From NCBI GenBank assembly GCA_030649835.1, contig JAUSES010000035.1, positions 19,590-83,589 on the forward strand: 64,000 nt of DNA, read 5' to 3'. The number at the start of each line of letters is the position of its first letter. The stretch's first letter is position 1. The position numbers were made by a program, and so were the translations under genes. This document shows, piece after piece, positions 17,610-26,646 of this stretch. Below the pieces are notes generated by a model, which had not been told where the DNA came from, did no database searches, and saw only the letters and a list, made by a program, of their open reading frames with translations. Source of the DNA: a bacterium. Its GTDB lineage: Bacteria > Patescibacteriota > Minisyncoccia > Phycocordibacterales > UBA1550.

Positions 17610-18423
17610 CATCACTATTATTAAACCCAAAAAAGTATTCAGCATGGAAGACCTCCGTGAAGTCTGGCGATACAAGGAGCTTCTTTATTTTTTCACATGG
17701 CGTGATTTCAAAGTACGCTACAAGCAAACTGCTATCGGTATACTCTGGGCCATTTTTCAGCCTTTTATGACTATGGTTGTTTTTAGTGTTTTTTTTGGAG
17801 GACTTCTCAAGGTGTCTTCTGATGGAGTTCCCTACCCTATTTTTGTTTACACAGGGCTCCTCTTCTGGCAATTCTTTTCAAGTGCCCTTTCGGAGACGAG
17901 TGGGGTACTTATTGCCAACCAGTCAATCATTACTAAGGTATACTTTCCTCGCCTCATTCTCCCTCTTTCATCTGTCGCAACAAAGTTTGTCGATTTTGCT
18001 ATCGCCTCTATTATCCTTGGAGGTATGATGTTCTACTATGGCATCACCCCGCACATTGCTAGCATCATTGTAATTCCCGTTCTCCTTGCAGTAACTTTTA
18101 TGGCGGCAGTTGGAGGAGGTCTCTTCCTTGCGGCAGTCAATGTAAAGTACCGAGACGTGCGGTTCATTCTCCCTTTCTTTATTCAGCTACTACTCTTTGT
18201 AACTCCAGTTATCTACCCTGCAAGTATTGCAGGTAAGTATTCGTGGCTTCTTGCTTTTAATCCCATGATGGGTGTCATTCAAAATGCACGTGCAGTACTG
18301 CTTGGTACTGCGTTGGTCAACTGGCTTCTTATCGGCATCTCTTTTGTTGCCTGCCTGGTGCTTCTTATCGTTGGTACAATTTATTTCAAAAAAGTTGAGC
18401 GCTATTTTGCAGACATTATTTAA
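17602..18423 (+). CDS. wzm: ABC-2 type polysaccharide export permease
   Basis: About 6 TM segments with the ABC-2 signature. Start placed at ATG 17602 (ATGA overlap with the fcl stop) rather than the ORF-track start 17527. Confidence 0.8.
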   Translation: MSNITIIKPKKVFSMEDLREVWRYKELLYFFTWRDFKVRYKQTAIGILWAIFQPFMTMVVFSVFFGGLLKVSSDGVPYPIFVYTGLLFWQFFSSALSETSGVLIANQSIITKVYFPRLILPLSSVATKFVDFAIASIILGGMMFYYGITPHIASIIVIPVLLAVTFMAAVGGGLFLAAVNVKYRDVRFILPFFIQLLLFVTPVIYPASIAGKYSWLLAFNPMMGVIQNARAVLLGTALVNWLLIGISFVACLVLLIVGTIYFKKVERYFADII

Positions 18424-18426
18424 AAT

Positions 18427-19683
18427 ATGAACAAGCCAATTATCGAAATAAAGAATATAGGAAAAAAATACAACATAACCCATCAGAAAGGTGGCTATGT
18501 TGCTTTACGTGATGTACTTGCAGGGATTCTTAAAAACCCATTCAAATTTGCAAAAAACAAGGCAAAGCAGATTGTGAACACAAAAACAAAAGAAGAATTC
18601 TGGGCATTGCGAGGTATCGATGTAGAAATTCACAAGGGGGATATTGTTGGTATTATTGGTCATAATGGTGCGGGTAAATCCACTCTTCTTAAAATTCTCA
18701 CTGGAATAACACCACCAACTGAAGGAGAGATCATTATGCGTGGGCGTGTTGCTTCCCTTCTTGAAGTCGGAACGGGCTTTCACCCTGAGCTCACGGGTCG
18801 AGAGAACATATTTTTGAACGGCGCTATACTTGGTATGACTAAAAAGGAGATTGTAAAAAAGTTTGATGAAATTGTTGCTTTTTCCGGGGTTGAGCAGTTT
18901 CTCGACACGCCGGTAAAGTATTATTCAAGTGGCATGTACGTGCGTCTCGCTTTTTCTGTCGCGGCCCACATGGAGCCCGACATTCTTCTTGTCGATGAAG
19001 TGCTTGCAGTAGGAGATGCTGAATTTCAAAAAAAGTGCCTTGGCAAAATGGAGGAGGTTACCAAGAGCGAGGGCAGAACAATTTTGTTTGTGAGCCACAA
19101 CATGTCGGCTATACAGCAATTGTGCTCCAAAACAATCCTTATTGAAAAGGGAAAGGTAAAAATGTTTGGGGAAACCAGAGAAGTAATCACTATGTACCTT
19201 GAGGCGCTTAGTAAGAACATGATTATTCCTCTAACTAACAGAAAGGACCGTACTGGGAGCGGTCACATTACATTTGAGGAAATTAAAATCAAAGGTATCG
19301 CAGGCTCAAATACTTATGGGATTGGTGACGATATCTATGTTCATTTTAAAATAAAAAATTCATACCCCCATGATGCTACTGTTAAATTAGCACTTAATAT
19401 TCGCACAACCTCAACAGAAGAACTTATTTCTTGCGACTCTTCTTTAAATGGGGAATCGTACGTCTTGCCAGCCTCATCAACAAAAAATGTGGTTTGTAAA
19501 ATCTACTCCCCCCCTCTTAATATTGGGAATTATTATCTGAACATAGGAATTCTTCACGATGATCAATTTGAGGATCGAATCCAATCTGTTGCTGAGTTTT
19601 CAATAAGCACAGGAACGTTTGATAATCGAGTCGGAACAAACTCATTCCCTGTTTTAGCCAAATTTAATTGGGAAATCGAATAA
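18427..19683 (+). CDS. wzt: polysaccharide export ABC transporter ATP-binding protein with C-terminal glycan-binding extension
   Basis: Walker A GHNGAGKSTLLKIL, signature SSGMYVRLAF. About 170-aa C-terminal extension, as in O-antigen-binding Wzt proteins. Confidence 0.8.
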   Translation: MNKPIIEIKNIGKKYNITHQKGGYVALRDVLAGILKNPFKFAKNKAKQIVNTKTKEEFWALRGIDVEIHKGDIVGIIGHNGAGKSTLLKILTGITPPTEGEIIMRGRVASLLEVGTGFHPELTGRENIFLNGAILGMTKKEIVKKFDEIVAFSGVEQFLDTPVKYYSSGMYVRLAFSVAAHMEPDILLVDEVLAVGDAEFQKKCLGKMEEVTKSEGRTILFVSHNMSAIQQLCSKTILIEKGKVKMFGETREVITMYLEALSKNMIIPLTNRKDRTGSGHITFEEIKIKGIAGSNTYGIGDDIYVHFKIKNSYPHDATVKLALNIRTTSTEELISCDSSLNGESYVLPASSTKNVVCKIYSPPLNIGNYYLNIGILHDDQFEDRIQSVAEFSISTGTFDNRVGTNSFPVLAKFNWEIE

Positions 19684-19695
19684 ACTACCAAAAAC

Positions 19696-20523
19696 ATGTC
19701 CATCAAAAAATACATAAAAAGACTATCCTCAACAATAAGTAACTTTAGGAAGAATGCTAACAAACAACCTCTACAACCTAACGAGGTTGCCTTGAGAGAC
19801 CTCGGTAACACTAAAAAAAAGGAAGAAATTTATATCTGGATAAAGGAAGGGATTGAATATTTTAGAGAATGGTACCAGCCTGTAAACTTTGGCAATGGAG
19901 TAATAGCCCATGTAACAACACCCCCCAACTGGGAACCTAGGCCGGAACTCCTGAACACGAACGACCGAGGTCTCGGTAAATGGGAATACATTATTAAAAA
20001 GCATATACCAGAACTTGCCGGGAAGAGAGTTCTTGATATCGGTTGCAGTAGTGGTGTATTTTCTCTTGAGATGGCTCGTATGGGAGCAAAAGAGGTAGTC
20101 GGAATAGATCGCGATGTTTACATCAAACACAGGTCATCAGATACCCCACCCCCACAAAACGTGATTGCACAAGCCAATTTTGTAAAAAAAGCATCTGAAC
20201 TTTTGGATGAGGTTACTTACCCAATAACATACATCGCACATGATATTGGGAAACTAGAGGATCTAAACTTAAAAACGTTTGACCTAATTCTTGCCTTAAA
20301 TATTGTGTATCACGAACTTGATAACATGGACCATCTTGTTTCGTATCTGTCCACACTTACAGATCATCTTATACTGCAAACAAGCCTAGGTCATGGTGGA
20401 GCACTTGGCAGGAAAGCTTCTGTAAAAGAACAAGTTGACGCACTGCTAAAATCAGGGTTTACTAAAATAGAAGTTGATGCTCCCCTGGGGTACTTGTCGC
20501 CAATGATTATTGGTAAAAAATAG
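19696..20523 (+). CDS. class I SAM-dependent methyltransferase (candidate chain-terminating methyltransferase)
   Basis: RVLDIGCSSGVFSLEMARMGAKEVVGIDRD motif I. Immediately downstream of wzt. Confidence 0.6.
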   Translation: MSIKKYIKRLSSTISNFRKNANKQPLQPNEVALRDLGNTKKKEEIYIWIKEGIEYFREWYQPVNFGNGVIAHVTTPPNWEPRPELLNTNDRGLGKWEYIIKKHIPELAGKRVLDIGCSSGVFSLEMARMGAKEVVGIDRDVYIKHRSSDTPPPQNVIAQANFVKKASELLDEVTYPITYIAHDIGKLEDLNLKTFDLILALNIVYHELDNMDHLVSYLSTLTDHLILQTSLGHGGALGRKASVKEQVDALLKSGFTKIEVDAPLGYLSPMIIGKK

Positions 20524-20527
20524 AACA

Positions 20528-21109
20528 ATGATTCATTGTAAACTTTACCTAAAGAAATTACTTCTCTGGACCAAAAGATTGCTTAACGAGGCAACTCTTT
20601 TTAGTCCTTCAAATATTGCATGGAGAAGGAAGTTTAACTATGTAAGAGAGCCTAAAATTATAGACATCTCGTGGCAAAAAGTATACACTACTGGTGTTAT
20701 CGTTGTCCCAATTGATGAGGTCTACGGTAGAATTAGGACGCTAGAAGGTCTTAAGATAACACCAATTAAAAATACTCCACATTATCAGTGGATTAATGAC
20801 ATCATCAATGGCGCAGATGACTCCGTGTCACGCGCTACATACTATGATTATTCAAAGAAATTTTTTCCAGAAGAAGACGCCGGCAATCAACTGAATATAA
20901 TAGTAGAAATGGCGAAATCGTTTAAAAAACAAGGGGGTATTGAAAATACGGACATAGTAACTTTCCTGCCTGTGCTCAATGAAAACTCGACTTACTTTGT
21001 TGTGCTATATGACGGGACACACAGACTTTCAATAGCAACGGCACTTGGCTATAAATTCATTAAATGCCATGTCGTACAAGAAAAAATTAACATTCATGAT
21101 TTTATCTAG
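20528..21109 (+). CDS. hypothetical protein with ParB/Srx-like DGxxR motif
   Basis: VVLYDGTHRLSIATALGY resembles the DGHHR/DGQQR motif of ParB/sulfiredoxin-fold and DUF262 domains. Alternative start at 20510. Confidence 0.3.
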   Translation: MIHCKLYLKKLLLWTKRLLNEATLFSPSNIAWRRKFNYVREPKIIDISWQKVYTTGVIVVPIDEVYGRIRTLEGLKITPIKNTPHYQWINDIINGADDSVSRATYYDYSKKFFPEEDAGNQLNIIVEMAKSFKKQGGIENTDIVTFLPVLNENSTYFVVLYDGTHRLSIATALGYKFIKCHVVQEKINIHDFI

Positions 21110-21136
21110 AAAGTATTAAGAATAATTAACACAAAT

Positions 21137-22627
21137 ATGTCAAATGTTTTTATAGGGATGGCTGCATATAACGCTGAAAAACACATTGGTAAGGCAATTG
21201 ATTCCTTACTAAATCAATCATATCTAAATTTTAAACTTTTTATCTCTGATGATGCCTCAACTGATACTACCAGTCAGATTTGCCTTGACTACGCAAAGAA
21301 AGACGCGAGGGTCATATATTATCGCCAGAAACAAAATCTAGGGATGCTACCTAACCTTAAATTTGTGCTTGATAAAGCAGACGAAGTTTTTTTTACGTGG
21401 GTAGATGCTGACGACATCCGTGAAAAAGATTTCTTGAAGGTATGTGTCGCAGCATTAATAAAAAAAAATGTTGACGCAGCAATCACCGTAATAGCAGATA
21501 TAGATTCGTATGACAGAAACCTGCGAGAACCAACTAATATTACAGACTTTTCAGGAAAACCAAGTTCCCGACAAGTAGCAAAATATGTTCTTCAGCCTGA
21601 AGTATTCGGTAAAAGCAATCTCATGTACAGCGTTTTTAAAACTGAGATAGTAAAAAGAATCTGGGAACTTGCTCCTCAGAGAAATGAATGGGGCTCTGAC
21701 TACCACTTTGGATTAGCTCTCGTTAGTCACTATAGCGTTTATGTAGACAAAAGAATACTTATAAAAAAGAGGACGGGCGGCATTTCAAGCATAGACGCCA
21801 CAAAAAACGATGTTCCAGAGAATGTTATAAGAATTAAACTCAAAAACCCCAAAAATCATATGTTCCCACTTATACGCTTCAAACAATACTTTATCGGACA
21901 AATGAGCTCTCTTCGAGGAACACCGTACGGGCCATTGGTTGCATTTTTGCTTTTTACTCGCCTCCCTCGAGCTATTTTTATCTATATGAAAGAACGAAAC
22001 TATACAAAATTTTTTATGAAATTAATTAAATTTTTTCTTAAAACTACCTTTATTCTCCCTGTCCTACATAAAATAAAATTTATAAGGATGCAAAGCAACA
22101 ACGAGAAACGTCACGGAGAAAAACAGGATGTTTTACTTTACTATAAAAACAAATATTCACTGGATACACTCATTGAGACAGGAACGTACCAAGGGGACAT
22201 GGTGGCTGCGATGGCTAAACATTTTAATTCAATATACTCGACAGAACTTAGTGTTCCTTTGTATGAAAGAGCAAAGAACAGATTCAGAAATAACAATAAA
22301 ATTCATTTGTTTCAAGGTGACAGCAGTGATGTTCTACCCGTGATCGTCAAGAGCATCAGAAAGCCATGTTTATTTTGGCTTGATGCCCACTATTCTCGAG
22401 GAGAGACAGCCTGCGGCTCAATTGAAACACCCATAATGAGGGAACTTCAGGAAATATTAAGACACTCTGTGAAAAACCACATTATACTCATCGATGATGC
22501 TCGTTGCTTTAATGGAACCCAGGACTACCCAACAATTGAAGAGGTTAAAAAACTACTAGAAGAAACCAATCATGGATATATTCTAGCCGTAGAAAGTGAT
22601 ATTATAAGAATCTATCCCCGTGCATAG
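21137..22627 (+). CDS. family 2 glycosyltransferase fused to a C-terminal methyltransferase-like domain
   Basis: N-terminus IGMAAYNAEKHIGKAIDSLLNQSY...ISDDASTD (GT2). C-terminal about 170 aa LIETGTYQGDMV...LFQGDSSDV...LFWLDAHYS resembles TylF/CmcI-type O-methyltransferases. Confidence 0.6.
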   Translation: MSNVFIGMAAYNAEKHIGKAIDSLLNQSYLNFKLFISDDASTDTTSQICLDYAKKDARVIYYRQKQNLGMLPNLKFVLDKADEVFFTWVDADDIREKDFLKVCVAALIKKNVDAAITVIADIDSYDRNLREPTNITDFSGKPSSRQVAKYVLQPEVFGKSNLMYSVFKTEIVKRIWELAPQRNEWGSDYHFGLALVSHYSVYVDKRILIKKRTGGISSIDATKNDVPENVIRIKLKNPKNHMFPLIRFKQYFIGQMSSLRGTPYGPLVAFLLFTRLPRAIFIYMKERNYTKFFMKLIKFFLKTTFILPVLHKIKFIRMQSNNEKRHGEKQDVLLYYKNKYSLDTLIETGTYQGDMVAAMAKHFNSIYSTELSVPLYERAKNRFRNNNKIHLFQGDSSDVLPVIVKSIRKPCLFWLDAHYSRGETACGSIETPIMRELQEILRHSVKNHIILIDDARCFNGTQDYPTIEEVKKLLEETNHGYILAVESDIIRIYPRA

Positions 22628-22639
22628 ATTTCATGGAAC

Positions 22640-23578
22640 ATGAATTTACTATTAAAAAACAAAACAATGCAATCTTCATCAATTCTCATAACAGGCGGGC
22701 TTGGCTTTATTTTCTCTCACGTAACTGAATATTTTACTGCTAAAGGCTGGCGAGTTATTGTTATAGACAACTTATCAAGAGGAAGTCAACCACAAATTGT
22801 CAATGGCACATTTAAGCACTACAACTTAGATGTATCTGATGAAGCTGTGATGGACGTCATCAAGAGCGAAAATCCTGAATTTGTTGTTCACGCAGCAGCT
22901 ATCAGTGATGTTGACTATTCAATCAAAAACCCACATGAAACTTTAAAAAAGAACATCTTGGCAAATATTAATGTTTTTGAGGCTTGCAGGAGTCTTCCAA
23001 ATCTTAAAAAACTTATCTACGTGTCTACTGATGAGGTGTACGGCGAGTGTGAACACAGGAAGAGTGAGGAAGAAATTATCTTTCCTAAAAACCCATACTC
23101 GTGCTCGAAAGCAGCAGGCTCACTACTTCGTATCGCATACGATAACACTTACACAAGTTTAATGAACAAAACTGCTGAAACTAGGTTTTGTAATGTTTTT
23201 GGCCCACGCCAAGATAGTGCAAAGATCATGTCAGCAATCAAAAGAAGCATCAATGGTGAATACTCAATCCCACTTCACGGTGAAGGCGGTGGGTACAGAG
23301 AGTACACATACGTCAGAAATATAGCCCCAGCAATAGAACTCATCCTAGAGAGTGGTAATAGAACATACAATCTGACATCAAATGACGGCTTTACAGTTAA
23401 AGATCTTATTCAAAAAGTCGAGGAAGTTACAGGCAAAAAAATAATAACTCATCCTGGCGATCGACCAGGAATGGACATGAAGTATCAAATGGATGCAACA
23501 CGAATAAGGGAACTAGGATGGAAACCGCTGTACACATTTGAGGAAGGATTAAAAGAATATTTTTCAACAGAAGAGTAG
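22640..23578 (+). CDS. NAD-dependent sugar-nucleotide epimerase/dehydratase (extended SDR)
   Basis: ILITGGLGFIFSHV glycine-rich loop, YxxxK (YSCSK). 312 aa. Confidence 0.7.
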   Translation: MNLLLKNKTMQSSSILITGGLGFIFSHVTEYFTAKGWRVIVIDNLSRGSQPQIVNGTFKHYNLDVSDEAVMDVIKSENPEFVVHAAAISDVDYSIKNPHETLKKNILANINVFEACRSLPNLKKLIYVSTDEVYGECEHRKSEEEIIFPKNPYSCSKAAGSLLRIAYDNTYTSLMNKTAETRFCNVFGPRQDSAKIMSAIKRSINGEYSIPLHGEGGGYREYTYVRNIAPAIELILESGNRTYNLTSNDGFTVKDLIQKVEEVTGKKIITHPGDRPGMDMKYQMDATRIRELGWKPLYTFEEGLKEYFSTEE

Positions 23579-23583
23579 GAATT

Positions 23584-24105
23584 ATGCTTACTAACCAAGA
23601 AAATTTTGAGCTTATTCGACTTCTTAATAAAATAGAGTGGCCTGTTCGTTCAGATCTATTTGATGCATTTTGTGGTAATATGTTGACTAGCCCAGTTGAC
23701 CTCGCTCTTTTGAAAAAAAGTGCTGCCGGGTTTGAAATATTCCTAATCTACCGAAAAGATAAATTTTTTGATGGTTGGCATGTCCCTGGAAGCGTGATGT
23801 TGCCGGGCAGGACAGTTTTGACAGTACTGAAGGATGTAATGGAACGAGAAATTAATATTCATGAAAAAAATTTTGATTTTAAGTTTATTGGATTTCATCA
23901 ATTCATGAAGGGTCATGAATTTGGACAATGCTCTCGAGGACAAGAAACTGAACTTCTGTACGTACTTTTTTTAGAAGAAAGTACCAAAATTAGAACAGAC
24001 AATGAGAGGAAATTTTTTTCAATAGAAAAACTTCCTGATGATATTTTATCTCATCACCAGATACTCATCTCAAGTATCAAAAATTACCTTAATCATGTTG
24101 ACTAA
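23584..24105 (+). CDS. hypothetical protein, possibly a divergent NUDIX-like hydrolase
   Basis: WHVPGSVMLPGRTVLTVLKDVMEREINIHE is weakly reminiscent of a Nudix box. Low confidence. Confidence 0.3.
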   Translation: MLTNQENFELIRLLNKIEWPVRSDLFDAFCGNMLTSPVDLALLKKSAAGFEIFLIYRKDKFFDGWHVPGSVMLPGRTVLTVLKDVMEREINIHEKNFDFKFIGFHQFMKGHEFGQCSRGQETELLYVLFLEESTKIRTDNERKFFSIEKLPDDILSHHQILISSIKNYLNHVD

Positions 24106-24125
24106 CAAGTAAAGAAATAACATTT

Positions 24126-25175
24126 ATGCGAACAATAAAATTATTTAAACCATTTGTAAGCTGGCACGCAGTGTGGAATACTGTAAAAGTTCTTCGCAGT
24201 GGACAGCTTGCTGAAGGTCCAAAAGTAAGAGAATTTGAGGAAAAGTTTGAACAACGATTCAACACCAGAAATGTTCTAACTGTAAATTCTGGCACAGCAG
24301 CTCTTGAACTCGCTTATGAACTTGCTGGGATAGGTAAAAATGACGAAGTAATTACGCCAGTGCTTACATGTACCGCCACAAATCTCCCCTTAATACACAG
24401 GGGGGCCTCAATAGTGTTTGCGGATATTGATCGCGATTTAAACATTAGTATTGAGGATGTTAGAAGAAAGATTACGGCTCGAACTAAGGCAATTGTTTTC
24501 GTACATTTTGGAGGGAATAATCGTGGACTGCAAGAATTACTTGATATTGCTCGTGAAAAAAATATTATTCTCATCGAAGATGCTGCTCAAGCTATCGCAT
24601 CAAATTTCTGGGGCAAAGCCGATTTCACCTGCTTGTCATTTCAAGCCATTAAAACTCTCACGTGTGGGGATGGAGGGGGGCTAATCTGTAAAGACCGCAC
24701 TCTTTACGAAAAGGGAAAGAGGCTACGATGGTTTGGCTACGATAGAGAAAAAAAGCAAAAGCTTGGCGACACAGACCTCATTGAAGCTGGTTATAAATAT
24801 CACATGAACGACGTAAGTGCAACAATTGGCCTTGGGAACCTCAGGGTATTTGACAGAATACTCGCTCATCACCAAAAGCTCATAAAAGAGTACGGGAAAG
24901 GTGGCATTATTGCGCACCCGTGGTTTGCACTAGTTCTCGTTGACAATCGAGACTCTTTGAAAAAATACTTATTTGAGCACGGCATAGACTCAGGTACACA
25001 CCATTATCGTAATGACAAATACACAATTTTTGGCGGGCGGAAACCATTTACTGTTATGGATGAATTGGAGAATAAATACCTACTTCTTCCTCTACATATG
25101 GGAGTAACTACCAAAGACGTGAGAAAAATTTGCGAATTAGTACACAACTTCAATGAAATACAAAAATCCAATTGA
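24126..25175 (+). CDS. DegT/DnrJ/EryC1/StrS family PLP-dependent sugar aminotransferase
   Basis: VLTVNSGTAALELAYELAGIGKNDEVITPVLTCTATN and lysine region SFQAIKTLTCGDGG. Confidence 0.8.
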   Translation: MRTIKLFKPFVSWHAVWNTVKVLRSGQLAEGPKVREFEEKFEQRFNTRNVLTVNSGTAALELAYELAGIGKNDEVITPVLTCTATNLPLIHRGASIVFADIDRDLNISIEDVRRKITARTKAIVFVHFGGNNRGLQELLDIAREKNIILIEDAAQAIASNFWGKADFTCLSFQAIKTLTCGDGGGLICKDRTLYEKGKRLRWFGYDREKKQKLGDTDLIEAGYKYHMNDVSATIGLGNLRVFDRILAHHQKLIKEYGKGGIIAHPWFALVLVDNRDSLKKYLFEHGIDSGTHHYRNDKYTIFGGRKPFTVMDELENKYLLLPLHMGVTTKDVRKICELVHNFNEIQKSN

Positions 25176-25716
25176 AATAGAATCCTCGTATATTGAAAAT
25201 GACCTAGGGAGAACTCTCTATGATTTAGTATTAAAGTATAAGCCCAAAAAGATCGTTGAATTTGGTATTCTTTACGGCTACTCAACTGTTGCCATGGCTA
25301 TGGCGCTTGATGAAATTGGGGATGGGCATATTTATGCAAATGACCTCTTTGAAGATTACGCATTTAAGCACTCGACAACTCAGGAGGTTCAAGAGAACAT
25401 TAATCGTTACGGACTCGAAAAATACGTTACCCTTGGCAAGAAAAATTTTGATGAATGGTTAAAACAGCCTGAAGATTTTGATTTTCTACACGTAGATGTA
25501 TCAAATAAGGGCGACACAGTCGAGCGCCTATATGATGCAGTTAAAAACCAAGTTGCTCGGGGGGCAATAGTTGTTTTTGAGGGAGGATCGGACGAACGTG
25601 ATAATGTAGAATGGATGATTAGATACAATAGTAAAAAGATTCGCAGCACTAATATTCCCTTTGAAGTGATTGATCCGAGGTTCCCCTCTTTATCACAAAT
25701 CACATGCAAAAAATAG
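25153..25716 (+). CDS. class I SAM-dependent (O-)methyltransferase
   Basis: KKIVEFGILYGYSTVAMAMAL...ANDL resembles O-MT family 3 / Methyltransf_24. Confidence 0.5.
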   Translation: MKYKNPIEIESSYIENDLGRTLYDLVLKYKPKKIVEFGILYGYSTVAMAMALDEIGDGHIYANDLFEDYAFKHSTTQEVQENINRYGLEKYVTLGKKNFDEWLKQPEDFDFLHVDVSNKGDTVERLYDAVKNQVARGAIVVFEGGSDERDNVEWMIRYNSKKIRSTNIPFEVIDPRFPSLSQITCKK

Positions 25717-25759
25717 ACTTTGTCACGAAGTACATTCACGTTATCATGACACAAAATTT

Positions 25760-26638
25760 ATGATTATCGTAAAACTACAAGGTGGTCTTGGCAATCAAAT
25801 GTTTCAATATGCTCTCGGAAGGCATCTTTCCGTTATAAATAATGTGTCACTTAAACTCGACACTTCGGCCATTGATGAGGCCAATTCTGGTATAACCAAA
25901 AGAAAGTACGGCATTTCTGTGTTTAAGATAAAAGAGTCATTTGCGACAAAAAAAGAGATCGCCTGGTTCAAAAAATATCATTTTAAAAATGGTAAAATTT
26001 GGTTTTGGTATAATCGTATATTTGCGAACAGGGCTCGCTATGCGTGGGAAACTCGTTTTAATTTTGATCCGTGGATTATGGAATTAAAAGACCCATTTTA
26101 TCTTGATGGCTATTGGCAGACTGAAAAATATTTCAAGAACATTGAGGATATTATTCGCAAGGAATATACACTAAGGAACCCTCTCGGAGTAAAATCGAAT
26201 GAGCTCCTTTCTGAAATTTCTAAAACAGAGTCTGTTTCTCTTCACGTTAGACGCGGAGACTACGTTTCTGATCAAAAGACTAATGATTGGCTCGGCGTTT
26301 GCTCTGTTGAGTACTACAATAAGGCAATAGAAACAATATCTGCTCGTGTAAAAAATCCTCATTTTTTCGTTTTTTCTGATGACCCTGTCTGGGCAAAAGA
26401 GAATATTACGCCCTCTTTTGCAACTACGTATGCATCAGATAACCATAATCATCCTGAGGAAGATATGTTTCTTATGAGTAAGTGTAAGCATAATATTATT
26501 GCAAATAGCTCCTTCTCCTGGTGGGGCGCGTGGCTCAACATAAATCCAGAGAAAATTGTTATAGCGCCACGACAGTGGTACAAAACTCAAAAAATGGATA
26601 CTCGTGATATAATTCCAGATACCTGGGTAAAAATATAA
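25760..26638 (+). CDS. alpha-1,2-fucosyltransferase (GT11)
   Basis: MIIVKLQGGLGNQMFQYA at the N-terminus and HVRRGDY motif (LHVRRGDYVSD). Start placed at ATG 25760, not the ORF-track 25670. Confidence 0.8.
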   Translation: MIIVKLQGGLGNQMFQYALGRHLSVINNVSLKLDTSAIDEANSGITKRKYGISVFKIKESFATKKEIAWFKKYHFKNGKIWFWYNRIFANRARYAWETRFNFDPWIMELKDPFYLDGYWQTEKYFKNIEDIIRKEYTLRNPLGVKSNELLSEISKTESVSLHVRRGDYVSDQKTNDWLGVCSVEYYNKAIETISARVKNPHFFVFSDDPVWAKENITPSFATTYASDNHNHPEEDMFLMSKCKHNIIANSSFSWWGAWLNINPEKIVIAPRQWYKTQKMDTRDIIPDTWVKI

Positions 26639-26646
26639 TCATATCT

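Noticed and set aside
25670-25759. Upstream start of the GT11 fucosyltransferase
   Set aside because: GT11 enzymes begin at the MIIVKLQGGLGNQ motif. The extension overlaps the preceding methyltransferase.
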